From positions 2,272,001 to 2,336,000 of the forward strand of contig CBDDFZ010000001.1 in NCBI GenBank assembly GCA_965227515.1: a stretch of DNA of 64,000 nt, written 5' to 3'. Below the pieces are notes generated by a model that saw only the letters and a list, made by a program, of their open reading frames with translations, did no database searches and had not been told where the DNA came from. The DNA is from Alphaproteobacteria bacterium (GTDB lineage Bacteria > Pseudomonadota > Alphaproteobacteria > CALKHQ01). The position numbers were made by a program, and so were the translations under genes. Below are positions 17,825-27,513 of the stretch, piece after piece. Positions within the stretch are counted from its first letter, which is position 1, and each line of letters starts with the position of its first letter.

Positions 17825-20800
17825 CTACTCCGCGGCGCGGGGCAGGGGCACAGGCTCCGCGTCGGGCGCCGGCGCATGTTCGGCGAGTTCTTCGCGAAGG
17901 CGGCGCGTCTCGGTGGCGCGGGCACTACCGAGGCGTGCAAAGATAACATAGGCCACCGGGGTCAGGAACAAGGTGAAGAAGGTGGCGAAGCCGAGCCCGC
18001 CGACGACGATCCAGCCAATGGACTCGCGGGCCTCCGCGCCGGGACCGCTGGAAAGCACCAGCGGCAGGCCACCCAGCACGGTGGAGATCATCGTCATCAT
18101 CACCGGGCGCAGGCGGATGACTGCGGCATCGCGCACCGCGTCGCGCACCGAATATCCGCGGTCGCGCAACTGGTTGGCGAACTCCACGATCAGGATGCCG
18201 TTCTTCGCCAGCAGGCCGATCAGCATGACCAGCCCGATCTGGCTGTAGATGTTGATCGAGGTGCCGGTGGCGTAGAGCGCCAGCACCGCGGCGGCGACGC
18301 CGAACGGCACGGTGGCGATGATCACAATGGCGCTCGCGAAGCTCTCGAATTGTGCCGCCAGCACCAGCAGCACCACCAGCAGCGCAATGCCGAACGTGAG
18401 CCCGACGCCGGATGACGTCTGGTCCAGCGTCGCAGCGTCGCCGGTGAACACGAGGTCGATGTCGTCCGGCAGCACATCGGCCGCCAGCGCCAGGATCGCG
18501 TCCATGCCGGTGCGCAGCGGCAGGTCGCCGGCGAGCGATGCCGAGACGGCCACCGCGCGGCGCTGGTTCTCGCGGTCCAGCTCCGGCGCGATCGCCATCT
18601 CCTGCAGGTCGACGATGGACGACAGCGGCAGGGTGCGGCCGGCATTGGTGCGGATGTAGAGGTTCTCCAGGTCCGCCGGATCGTCGATCACACCCGCCGC
18701 CGACTGCACGATCACGTCGACCGCCTCGCCGTCGATGAAGATCTGGGCAACGTCGTCGCCCTCGATCATCGCGCGCAGGCCGGCGCCGACGTCGCGCAGC
18801 GGGATGCCGAGGTCGGTGACCCGCTCGCGGTCGATCACGATGGCAAGCTGCGGCTGGTTGGTGTCGTAGTCGACCGACAGCCGCTCGAATATCTCCGGCT
18901 GGGCCTCGGCGGCGGCGGCGAGATCGTCGGCGGCTGCCGCAATGCGGTCGTAGTCGCCGCCTGTCAGCGCGAACGACAGGCCCGACCCGCCGCCGCGTAT
19001 GCCCAGGCTGTTGGGCGAGCGCAGGAACACTTGCGCGCCGGGAATGGCGGACAGGGCAGGGCGGATCTGGGCCACGATCTCCTGCTGGCTGCGGCTGCGC
19101 TCGTCCCAGGGCGTCAGGCGCACGATCAGGAAGGCGGAGTTGCTCGACCCGCGGCCGACCAGCGCGAACATATTGGTCGCCTCGCCGCTCTCGATCAGCG
19201 GGGCGACAATGGCCTCGGCCTGCTCGACCTGGGCATCGGTGTAGGCGAGGCCGGCGCCGGGCGGTGCGCTGATGCCGATGAACATGACACCGCGATCCTC
19301 CGGCGGCAGCAGCTCCTCCGACAGCGATCCGAACACGCCCCAGGCCGCCAGTCCGACCAGACCGCCCAACGCCAGCGCCACCAGCGGGGCGCTGAGCGCC
19401 CGGTCCAGGATTGCCGCATAGATGTCGGCGAGCTTGCTACCGATCCGGGCCATGAATCTCGGCTTGTCGGGGTCGGTCGTGCGCTTGGGCAGGCGCGCGG
19501 CCAGCATCGGGCACAGGCTGAGCGCCACGAACGAGGAGATCATCACCGCGAAGGCGAGCACGAAGCCGAACTCGGCGAACAGCCGACCCGCCGTACCCGG
19601 CAGGAAAGAGATCGGCACGAACACCGCCGCCAGGGTGGCGGTGGTGGCGATGACGGCGAAGAACACCTCGCGGGTGCCGACCACGGCCGCCGCGCGGGAC
19701 TTCAGGCCCTTGCCGCGCTGCCGCTCAATGTTCTCCAGCACCACGATGGCGTCGTCGACCACCATGCCGGTGGCCAGCACCATCGCCAGCAGGGTCAGGA
19801 TGTTGATCGAGAAGCCCAGCAGCCAGACCGCCGCGATGGTGCCGATCAGCGCGATCGGCATGCTGACCACCGGGATCAGCGTGGCGCGCACGGAGCCCAC
19901 GAACATGAAGATGACCAGGGTGACGATCAGCACCGAGATGCCCAGCGTCTTGGCGACCTCGGTGATCGACCCCTCGATAAACACCGCATCGTCGGACGAC
20001 TTGTTGACCTGCACGTCCGGCACCGTGACGGCCAGACGCTCGATCACCCGGTCGACCCCGTCGGAGATTGCGATGGTGTTGGATTGCGGCTGGCGAACGA
20101 TGGCCAGACCCATCACCGCCTGCCCGTCGAGGCGCACCGACGAGGAGCGGTCGCGCGGCGCGAAGAACACGCGCGCCACGTCGCCCACCCTGGTCCGCCG
20201 GTCGATGGCGATGGCCTCGACCTCGGCCTCGCTGGTGACGGTGGCGTCCGCGCGCACGATCAGTTCCTGGTCGGCGGTCTCCAGCGTGCCGGCGGGCACG
20301 TCGATCGCGGCGTCGCTCAACGCGTCGGTCAGGTCGGCCAGGCTGAGACCGCGACTGGCGAGCGCAAACGGGTCCAGCACCACGCGGACGGCCTGTTCCG
20401 CCTCGCCGTAGATCTGCACGTCCGCCACGCCCGGCACGGCGGCGATGGCGTCGGCGATGTCGTTCTCGACGATGTCGGTCAGGGCAGCGGGGCCAAGCCG
20501 CTCCGACGTGACCGACAGGCGGATGATGGCTGACGAATCGGCATCGGCCTTCACCACCGTCGGCGCTTCCATGTCGTCGGGCAGGCCGCGCGCGGCGGCG
20601 GAAACGGCATCGCGCACGTCGGCGGCGGCGACATTCAGGTCCACCGACGGATCGAACTCGATGGTCACCCGGCTGCCGCCATAATCGCTATTGGAACTGA
20701 GGGAGACGATGCCGGGTACCCGGGCCACCGCGCCCTCGATCACGCTGGTCACCTGGGTGTCGACGGTTTCCGGCGAGGCGCCGGGGAAATTGGCCCGTAC

Positions 20801-20953
20801 GGTGATGATCGGCCGGTCGACGTTGGGGAGCTCGCGGACCTCCACGCCCATCAGGGCGGCAGCACCGGCCACGATGATCAATAGGTTCAGCACGATCGCC
20901 AGCACCGGGCGGCGCACGCCCAGCGAGCTGATGTCCATGCGGTCGTGGATCAC
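17825..20953 (-). CDS. RND efflux transporter permease (AcrB/AcrD/AcrF family)
   Basis: 1042 aa; RRPVLAIV, GASPETVD, GMVVDDAIVVLENI, GLLAKNGILIVEFA, RLRPVMMT. Confidence 0.95.
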   Translation of the reverse strand: MIHDRMDISSLGVRRPVLAIVLNLLIIVAGAAALMGVEVRELPNVDRPIITVRANFPGASPETVDTQVTSVIEGAVARVPGIVSLSSNSDYGGSRVTIEFDPSVDLNVAAADVRDAVSAAARGLPDDMEAPTVVKADADSSAIIRLSVTSERLGPAALTDIVENDIADAIAAVPGVADVQIYGEAEQAVRVVLDPFALASRGLSLADLTDALSDAAIDVPAGTLETADQELIVRADATVTSEAEVEAIAIDRRTRVGDVARVFFAPRDRSSSVRLDGQAVMGLAIVRQPQSNTIAISDGVDRVIERLAVTVPDVQVNKSSDDAVFIEGSITEVAKTLGISVLIVTLVIFMFVGSVRATLIPVVSMPIALIGTIAAVWLLGFSINILTLLAMVLATGMVVDDAIVVLENIERQRGKGLKSRAAAVVGTREVFFAVIATTATLAAVFVPISFLPGTAGRLFAEFGFVLAFAVMISSFVALSLCPMLAARLPKRTTDPDKPRFMARIGSKLADIYAAILDRALSAPLVALALGGLVGLAAWGVFGSLSEELLPPEDRGVMFIGISAPPGAGLAYTDAQVEQAEAIVAPLIESGEATNMFALVGRGSSNSAFLIVRLTPWDERSRSQQEIVAQIRPALSAIPGAQVFLRSPNSLGIRGGGSGLSFALTGGDYDRIAAAADDLAAAAEAQPEIFERLSVDYDTNQPQLAIVIDRERVTDLGIPLRDVGAGLRAMIEGDDVAQIFIDGEAVDVIVQSAAGVIDDPADLENLYIRTNAGRTLPLSSIVDLQEMAIAPELDRENQRRAVAVSASLAGDLPLRTGMDAILALAADVLPDDIDLVFTGDAATLDQTSSGVGLTFGIALLVVLLVLAAQFESFASAIVIIATVPFGVAAAVLALYATGTSINIYSQIGLVMLIGLLAKNGILIVEFANQLRDRGYSVRDAVRDAAVIRLRPVMMTMISTVLGGLPLVLSSGPGAEARESIGWIVVGGLGFATFFTLFLTPVAYVIFARLGSARATETRRLREELAEHAPAPDAEPVPLPRAAE

Positions 20954-22080
20954 GCGCCCGGCCCCGCGTCGGGCCCGCCGCCGCCTGAGACTTCCTCCAC
21001 CGGCCGGCCGTCGCGCATGCGCTGGGTGCCCTCCACCACGATCCGGTCGCCTTCGGCCAATGGCCCGGTGACCACGACCCGTCCGTCAGTGCGCTCGACC
21101 AGGGTCACCGGCACCTGTTCGGCCCGGCCGTCGACGACGCGCCAGACGAAGGCGCCGTCGCGGCCCCACTGCACTGCCATCTCGGCGACGCTGGGGTGCA
21201 GGGTCTCGGGGAACGACAGCGCGACGGAGAACGAGAGCCCGGCGCGCAGCCGGTCCTCGGTATTGGAAATGGTGGCCTGCACCGGCAGCGTGCGTGTCTC
21301 CTGGTCCAGCCGACTGTCCAGCGCGGAGATGCGGCCCTCGAACACCTCGCCGGGCAGCGCCGGCGTGCTGGCGGCGATCTGCTGGTTCAGGCGTACCTGC
21401 GCGGCGTAGCGCTCGGGCACCTCGAAGTCGATCAGCAGCGACGACCGGTCGTCGATGGTGGCGATTGGCGTCGTGGTGGTGACGCGGTCGCCTTCCTCGA
21501 CCTCGGTCAGGCCCATGTAGCCGGTGAACGGCGCGATGACAGTACGCTGCTCCAGCGCCAGTTCGGCGGCGGCATAGCGGTTGCGGGCCTCGGCCAGGGC
21601 GGCGCGGGCGGTCTGCAAGGCGCTGGCGGACACGGCACCGGAGGGGGCGAGGCGCTCGTTGCGCGCCACCGTACGCTCCTGCTCCTCCATCTGGATGCGG
21701 GCCAGCTCCAGCGCCAGTTCCTCTTCGTCGGCGTCGAGTGCAAGCAGCGGGTCGCCGGCCTGGACCTGTTCTCCGGCCGTGAACAGCACGATGGCGACCT
21801 CGCCCGCCGATGCCGGATAGAGCACCACCGAGCGTGCCGCTTCGGCGGTGCCGATGGCGCGGAGCGTGTTGCCGGTCGCCGCCATGGTCACCGCTTCGGT
21901 CACCACCGGGGCGCCGCCACCGCCAGGACCTCCACCCGGACCTCCACCCGGACTTCCACCGGGCCTGCCGCCGCCGGCACCCTCGGTATCCTGCGCGGCG
22001 TCGGACGACCATAGCCACCAGCCGCCGGCGGCCACCACCGCCAGCGCCAACACCACCAGAACCTGACGCAGCCAGGACAT
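20950..22080 (-). CDS. RND efflux periplasmic adaptor (membrane fusion protein)
   Basis: N-terminal TM, Gly/Pro linker, GEQVQAGDPLL, VIAPFTG, IDFEVPE, GDRIVVEG; GTGA coupling to the RND gene. Confidence 0.93.
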   Translation of the reverse strand: MSWLRQVLVVLALAVVAAGGWWLWSSDAAQDTEGAGGGRPGGSPGGGPGGGPGGGGAPVVTEAVTMAATGNTLRAIGTAEAARSVVLYPASAGEVAIVLFTAGEQVQAGDPLLALDADEEELALELARIQMEEQERTVARNERLAPSGAVSASALQTARAALAEARNRYAAAELALEQRTVIAPFTGYMGLTEVEEGDRVTTTTPIATIDDRSSLLIDFEVPERYAAQVRLNQQIAASTPALPGEVFEGRISALDSRLDQETRTLPVQATISNTEDRLRAGLSFSVALSFPETLHPSVAEMAVQWGRDGAFVWRVVDGRAEQVPVTLVERTDGRVVVTGPLAEGDRIVVEGTQRMRDGRPVEEVSGGGGPDAGPGA

Positions 22081-22196
22081 ACCTTGTGATCCTCGCGTTG
22101 ACGATGTCGAGCCGCACCGCCCAGACGCACTTTGACAATAGCGTTGCCGGTCGTGGTGGCGAGACCAATTCTGCGTTACTTAGCGCACGGTCGTCC

Positions 22197-22286
22197 AAGT
22201 CTGCACCGGCCCTCTCCCCCACCCGGCCGCCCAACGACAGTATGATGGCTGGGTGGCCGGGTGGGGGAGAGGGCCGGTGCAGACTT
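22197..22286. repeat. Long GC-rich hairpin element (about 36-bp stem), copy A
   Basis: aagtctgcaccggccctctcccccacccggccgccca ... tgggtggccgggtgggggagagggccggtgcagactt; a related hairpin lies at 49479-49539. Confidence 0.85.
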
Positions 22287-22462
22287 CAGCGCAAGCTGAT
22301 ACTAGTCTAGAATAATTCTATGCCGGATTGAGTCCGAAACACGGCGGCGCGTCCATTGGCGCTCTGGCGCATGGCCGCGTCCCGGCCTATATACCGCACC
22401 CTTGAGCGAACATTCGCGCGCGCCTCTGCGGTGCTGCGCCTGGATATCGACAGGAGAGGCCG

Positions 22463-23576
22463 TTGCGCGCCGAAACCGCCGCCATCGCGGACGAAATCAA
22501 GCAGTCGCTGGAGCTGCTGAGGAGGCATCTTTGACCCGGATGCCGCCGAATCCCGCCTCGCCGAGCTGAACGCCGAGGCCGAAGACCCGGACATCTGGAA
22601 CGACCAGGAACGTGCCCAGCACGTGATGCAGGAACGCACATCGCTGGAAAAGTCGCTTACGGCTTTCCGCGAGGCCGAACAGGCGCTGGCCGACAACCTG
22701 GAACTGATCGAGATGGGCGAGGCCGAGGGCGACGCCGACGTGGTCGCCGAGGCGGAGGTTCAGCTCGGCACGCTGGCCAAGGAAATGGCCAAGCGTCAGC
22801 TCGAAACCCTGCTCTCCGGCGAGGCGGACAAGAACGACTGCTACCTGGAAATCCACGCCGGTGCCGGCGGCACCGAGGCGCAGAACTGGGCCGAGATGCT
22901 GGTCCGTCTCTACAGCCGCTGGGCGGAGGCGAAGGGCTACAAGACCGAGTTCCTGGAAGAGAGCGCCGGCGAAGAGGCCGGCATCAAGTCCTCGACCCTG
23001 AAGGTCTCCGGCCACAATGCGTATGGCTGGCTGAAGACCGAGAGCGGCGTGCACCGGCTGGTCCGCATCTCGCCGTTCGACAGCGCCGCGCGCCGCCACA
23101 CCAGCTTCGCCAGCGTGTGGGTCTATCCGGTGGTCGACGATGCGATCGAGATCGAGATCGAGGACAAGGACCTGCGCATCGACACCTATCGGGCGTCGGG
23201 CGCCGGCGGCCAGCACGTCAACAAGACCGACAGTGCGATCCGCATCACCCACCTGCCGACCAACATCGTGGTGCAGTGCCAGAACGACCGCTCGCAGCAC
23301 CGCAACCGCGCCAATGCGTTCGCCATGCTGCGCGCCCGCCTCTACGAGCGCGAGCTGCAACTGCGCGAGGAAGAGGCGAATGCCGCCAATGCCGCAAAGA
23401 CCGATATCGGCTGGGGCAACCAGATCCGCTCCTACGTCATGCAGCCGTATCAGCTGGTGAAGGACCTGCGGACGGGTGTGGAGATCGGCAACGTGCAGGC
23501 GGTGCTGGACGGCGCCATCGACCCGTTCCTTGAAGCAAGCCTCGCCGGGCATGTGGGTGAGGGCGCGGAGGCGTAG
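22463..23576 (+). CDS. prfB: Peptide chain release factor 2, with programmed +1 frameshift
   Basis: TTG 22463 with an AGGAG RBS gives MRAETAAIADEIKQSLELLRRHL, then CTT-TGA-C at 22529-22535. The +1 frame continues into the ORF containing SPF and GGQ (ASGAGGQHVNKTDSA). Confidence 0.97.
22520..22535 (+). promoter_or_regulatory. prfB autoregulatory +1 frameshift site
   Basis: AGGAGG-CAT-CTT-TGA-C: internal SD sequence 3 nt before the slippery CTT-TGA. Confidence 0.95.
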
Positions 23577-23582
23577 CACGCC

Positions 23583-24383
23583 TTGCTGGAGGTCGTCGCC
23601 GGCACCTGGATGGCGGTTGAGCGGGTCGCGCGGAATGGCCAGGACCCCACCGTCTGGGATGCGACGCCAGCCTTCGTGACCGAAGTTGCGCCTCTAGGGA
23701 CCGGGCAGGGCATCTTGCGCCTGGGCTTCGTGGCGGCGCTGCACCCGATGGCGCCGGCCCGACAACAACTCGATCTGAAAGTATTCGCGCGCACCCCCGA
23801 TTGCCTGGTTGGCAGTCGTGCGGCCGGCGACGATGCCGGCGCGGTCCACCTGATCGCCCCTGTTTCTTTCGGGTGGATGCGCCACCGTTGCGCCGGGTTA
23901 TGGCGGGCGTTCCCCGCCGACAAGACATCGGGCTGGCGCGCCGAGAACTGGGGTCGGCCGTTCGACACGGTGACCGCCTATCTGGAGGCTCTGTTCGGCG
24001 CCAATGAGGGCGACATCCTCACGCGCACGACCGCGGACAGCTTCGGCTGCGCGAAGCTGGCGATGCCGGACCAACAGTCGCGTATCCGCATCGACCGCAC
24101 ATATGACGCCTTCGAGTCCTACTTGATCCAACGCGGTGCCGTGCCTCGGCAAATGGAAGACAAGTGGTTCATCTATCTCGAGGACGGCCACCTTCTGATC
24201 CGGCGGAGTTGGACCGGCAACCTGATCTACGCCGTCGAAGCGGCGTGGCGCGGCGACCGTCTGCACCTGGCGGCGGCAACCGTCAACCGCGACCCGGAGA
24301 AGTACAAGTCGACCGACGACGCCCATGACCGGAGGATGCTGCTACACCTGATCGATGGCTTGCTGCTTCAGAGGCGCAGTTAG
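23583..24383 (+). CDS. Hypothetical protein with a conserved-looking C-terminal domain (MEDKWFIY...RSWTG)
   Basis: Open 266-aa frame with GC-rich codon usage. The motif PRQMEDKWFIYLEDGHLLIRRSWTG looks like a conserved uncharacterised domain. Start uncertain (TTG 23583 or ATG 23609). Confidence 0.65.
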   Translation: MLEVVAGTWMAVERVARNGQDPTVWDATPAFVTEVAPLGTGQGILRLGFVAALHPMAPARQQLDLKVFARTPDCLVGSRAAGDDAGAVHLIAPVSFGWMRHRCAGLWRAFPADKTSGWRAENWGRPFDTVTAYLEALFGANEGDILTRTTADSFGCAKLAMPDQQSRIRIDRTYDAFESYLIQRGAVPRQMEDKWFIYLEDGHLLIRRSWTGNLIYAVEAAWRGDRLHLAAATVNRDPEKYKSTDDAHDRRMLLHLIDGLLLQRRS

Positions 24384-24511
24384 ACGCCCAAAGGCGAAAA
24401 AATTCTCTCATTCGTGCGAAATGCAACCAATAGTCGTGGATAAGGCGTACAAATGCATGTTATGGTCATTTTGAGCCAAGGTTGAAGCAAATTGAAAAAG
24501 GGGTGTGACAG

Positions 24512-25030
24512 GTGTTTGGCATGATTTCTGCCGGGTTCGCGGCCATGTTCCCGGGAAAGCTGGCAAGAAAGATAAAATTGGACAGTAATTTTACTATTGA
24601 ATGTCGGATCAAAAAGAACATCAAAAATATTTATATGTTTGTTGGTCATGAACGGAATATGCAGGCATACAGGATTGATAAATCGTCATTGCCGCAACTA
24701 TTGGAACATCTTCGGACGTTGGCGAACATGCAGGCTCTTGATCCCGACAGTGAGTCGGCCGAGCCTGAGGCGTTGCGCATTGAGGGTGCGAGCGTCCACG
24801 TGATGCAGCGGGGCGTCAAGAAGGAGGGCGACCGGGCGCCTCGCAACGTGGTTCAACTGGGCTTGGCATCGGACATTACGGTGTACGCGCTGGTCAGTCC
24901 CGTCGACCGCGTCGCTTTCACCTGGCTCATCAATGGCGTGGATAAGAGCTCGATGATGGAGGTTGCGGACGGCAAGTTCGCGGAATTGCACGACGCTTTT
25001 TCCAGCGCGCTGGAATGGATCAACGCGTAA
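24512..25030 (+). CDS. Hypothetical protein (AT-rich 5' half)
   Basis: 172-aa ORF with protein-like composition in an otherwise empty interval; no recognisable motif. Confidence 0.5.
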   Translation: MFGMISAGFAAMFPGKLARKIKLDSNFTIECRIKKNIKNIYMFVGHERNMQAYRIDKSSLPQLLEHLRTLANMQALDPDSESAEPEALRIEGASVHVMQRGVKKEGDRAPRNVVQLGLASDITVYALVSPVDRVAFTWLINGVDKSSMMEVADGKFAELHDAFSSALEWINA

Positions 25031-25072
25031 CCAAGGTTCTTGTCGGCGGCCGTTAGTACTGAGTGCAGCTTG

Positions 25073-25340
25073 AGGTGCAGCAATTCGCCCCTCCCGCGTT
25101 TGGCCCGCGCGGTGCATATCTGTGCCATGCCCAGCAGCCACGAAATCACCATCACCGGGTCGCCCGACGACATTGACGAGCTCGGCCACGTCAACAACGC
25201 GGTCTGGGTGAAGTGGATCCAGCACGTCGCGGTGGAGCACTGGCGCGCGGCGCGCGTTTCGACCGGCTGACCGAGTTCACCGGAGCCGACGGCAAGGTGA
25301 GGGTGGCCGCACGCACCACCTAGCGCTGATCGACTGCGCC
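25073..25340 (+). pseudogene. Degenerate duplicate of the downstream acyl-CoA thioesterase gene with its upstream region
   Basis: Near-identical to 26290-26685, but lacks 127 bp between two cgcgcgg microhomologies and is frameshifted and truncated. Confidence 0.9.
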
Positions 25341-25432
25341 GACGGCGTGGTCCAGCCTAAGATCTAGCCGTACTGAGCGACGACGCTTTTGTCCTGCCAT
25401 TGAGAGGCTGATATGTCGGCCGCGCGATTGAT

Positions 25433-26086
25433 TTAGTCGTCCGACCAATTGGGATTAGGCATGTATCCGTATCGAATAACCAGTACAGATGCGTCTTCGG
25501 GCGCACCAAGGACTTTGTGAACATAACTGTGGGCAAATGTTCCGGGCGCCCCCCATTCAACGGTGCCATACACATCGCTTTCAATCATCTCGAGCACGCT
25601 GTCCCTTTCGGGACCTGGCTCGGCCACTCTGTCCTCCAGGTCACCCGGAATCCAAACGACCGTGAACGTTCTCTCGTCCGAATAGCGCCAAACGTAGGCC
25701 GCCAGGGCATCCTGCGCATACATATCTGCCAGCAACGCTTCTTCCAGCTCCGGAATGATCGGCACGAAGTAGTTTGGTCTGGCCTCCGCCCCATAATATC
25801 CGAACAATTCTCGAACGAGTACGCCGTTTGTCACCGAATGCGGGCCACGTATTCCTGCGTCTTCATCGACTGCACTCATAAATATCTCCGGAAAATAGCT
25901 GCCATTTTGTTGTGTTTTTTGTTCTACGTATATGTATTTTTCCTCTGGGTCAAAAAATATTGCAAACAAGGCCGTTGCAGCTAAAAAAATACAGATAACA
26001 AGAAATATTCTTTTGATCGATTTGGCACTGAACTTTCGTTCGAGTTGAGTTCGGGTAGATTGCGCCTCGGAAAATCGGTTGGACAA
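25433..26086 (-). CDS. Hypothetical membrane-anchored protein (AT-rich 5' part)
   Basis: Single N-terminal TM (IFLVICIFLAATALFAIFF). TTG 26086 has a GAGAGG RBS; the ORF track starts it at 26140. Confidence 0.6.
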   Translation of the reverse strand: MSNRFSEAQSTRTQLERKFSAKSIKRIFLVICIFLAATALFAIFFDPEEKYIYVEQKTQQNGSYFPEIFMSAVDEDAGIRGPHSVTNGVLVRELFGYYGAEARPNYFVPIIPELEEALLADMYAQDALAAYVWRYSDERTFTVVWIPGDLEDRVAEPGPERDSVLEMIESDVYGTVEWGAPGTFAHSYVHKVLGAPEDASVLVIRYGYMPNPNWSDD

Positions 26087-26343
26087 GATATTTCCTCTCT
26101 CGAATATTGGCTTCCGACAGCCGCGCGACCGTTGCGACATTCAATGCCAGGCGGCCATTTGACGGCCATCTTTGCACAATTACCGCAACCTTGCCTACAC
26201 AATCCGAAACCGTGGCCGAGCCTCTTGGAGGCGACGAGGTTTTGGAGGAATTGGCACAAGTGTCGTTGAAGCGTGGGCCACACAAGCCCAGGTGCAACAA
26301 TTCGCCCCTCCCGCGTTTGGCCCGCGCGGTGCATATCTGCGCC

Positions 26344-26766
26344 ATGCCCAGCAGCCACCAGATCACCATCACCGCGTCGCCCGACGACATTGACGAGCTT
26401 GGCCACGTCAATAACGCGGTCTGGGTGAAGTGGATCCAGGATGTCGCGGTGGAGCACTGGCGCGCGGTGGCGGCGCCGGAGCACATCGACGCCTACATCT
26501 GGGTCGTCACCCGGCACGAGATCGACTATCGCGGCAATGTGCGGGAAGGCGAGGCGGTGACGGCGCGGACCTGGGTCGGCGACAAGCCGCGCGGCGCGCG
26601 TTTCGACCGGCTGACCGAGTTTACCGGCGCCGACGGCAAGGTGAAGGTGGCCGCGCGCACCACCTGGGCGATCATCGACTGCGCCACGCGCCGCATCGTG
26701 CGCGTGCCGGAAGCGGTGGCCGCGCCGTTCATCTCGGACCAAGCGGAAGGAGGCGAGGGCGATTAG
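26344..26766 (+). CDS. Acyl-CoA thioesterase (4HBT/YbgC hot-dog family)
   Basis: DIDELGHVNNAVWVKW, VVTRHEIDY. Confidence 0.9.
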   Translation: MPSSHQITITASPDDIDELGHVNNAVWVKWIQDVAVEHWRAVAAPEHIDAYIWVVTRHEIDYRGNVREGEAVTARTWVGDKPRGARFDRLTEFTGADGKVKVAARTTWAIIDCATRRIVRVPEAVAAPFISDQAEGGEGD

Positions 26767-27499
26767 CCTGCAGTCGTTCGGACCCGATCTCAATGTTGCC
26801 GTGGTCGGCGCCTCGGGCGGGATCGGCGCCGCCTTCTGCGAGCACCTGCAGGGTAGCGATGCCGTGGCGCGGCTGTTCCGGCTGTCGCGCGCGCCTGCCG
26901 GCCAGGAGGACGACTGGCTGCCGCTCGACCTCGCCGACGAGGCCGCCATTGCCGCCGCCGCCAAGACCATCCGCGACGAGGTCGGCAGCCTTCATCTGGT
27001 GATCGTCGCGACCGGCATCCTCCACGACCGCGACGCCATACAGCCGGAGAAGACCTGGCGCGCGCTTGACGGCCCGGTCCTGGAAAAAGTGTTCCGCATC
27101 AACGCTATCGGCCCGGCGTTGGTGGCCAAGCACTTCCTGCCGCTGCTGGCCAGGGACCGCAAGTCCGCGTTCGCCGCGCTCTCGGCCCGGGTCGGCAGCA
27201 TCTCGGACAACGGGCTCGGCGGCTGGTACGCCTATCGCTCGTCCAAGGCGGCGCTCAACATGATGGTGAGGACCTTTGCCATCGAGCTTGCGCGCAAGAA
27301 CGGCCATGCGATCTGCGTGGCGCTGCACCCCGGCACCGTGGAGACGGGTCTGTCGGCGCCGTTCCGGAGCAACGTGCCGGGCGACAAGCTGTTCAGCCCT
27401 GAGCGGTCGGCCGGCTACCTGCTGGATGTCCTCGACGGTCTGGACGCGGACGACAGCGGCGGGCTCTTCGCCTGGGACGGTGCCGAGATCCCGTTCTGA
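26762..27499 (+). CDS. Short-chain dehydrogenase, C-factor (CsgA)-like
   Basis: VAVVGASGGIG, LSARVGSISDNGLGGWYAYRSSKAALN, ALHPGTVET. Start inferred at ATT 26762; the ORF track uses GTG 26801. Confidence 0.88.
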   Translation: MSLQSFGPDLNVAVVGASGGIGAAFCEHLQGSDAVARLFRLSRAPAGQEDDWLPLDLADEAAIAAAAKTIRDEVGSLHLVIVATGILHDRDAIQPEKTWRALDGPVLEKVFRINAIGPALVAKHFLPLLARDRKSAFAALSARVGSISDNGLGGWYAYRSSKAALNMMVRTFAIELARKNGHAICVALHPGTVETGLSAPFRSNVPGDKLFSPERSAGYLLDVLDGLDADDSGGLFAWDGAEIPF

Positions 27500-27513
27500 T
27501 TGCTCGCGGCGGC

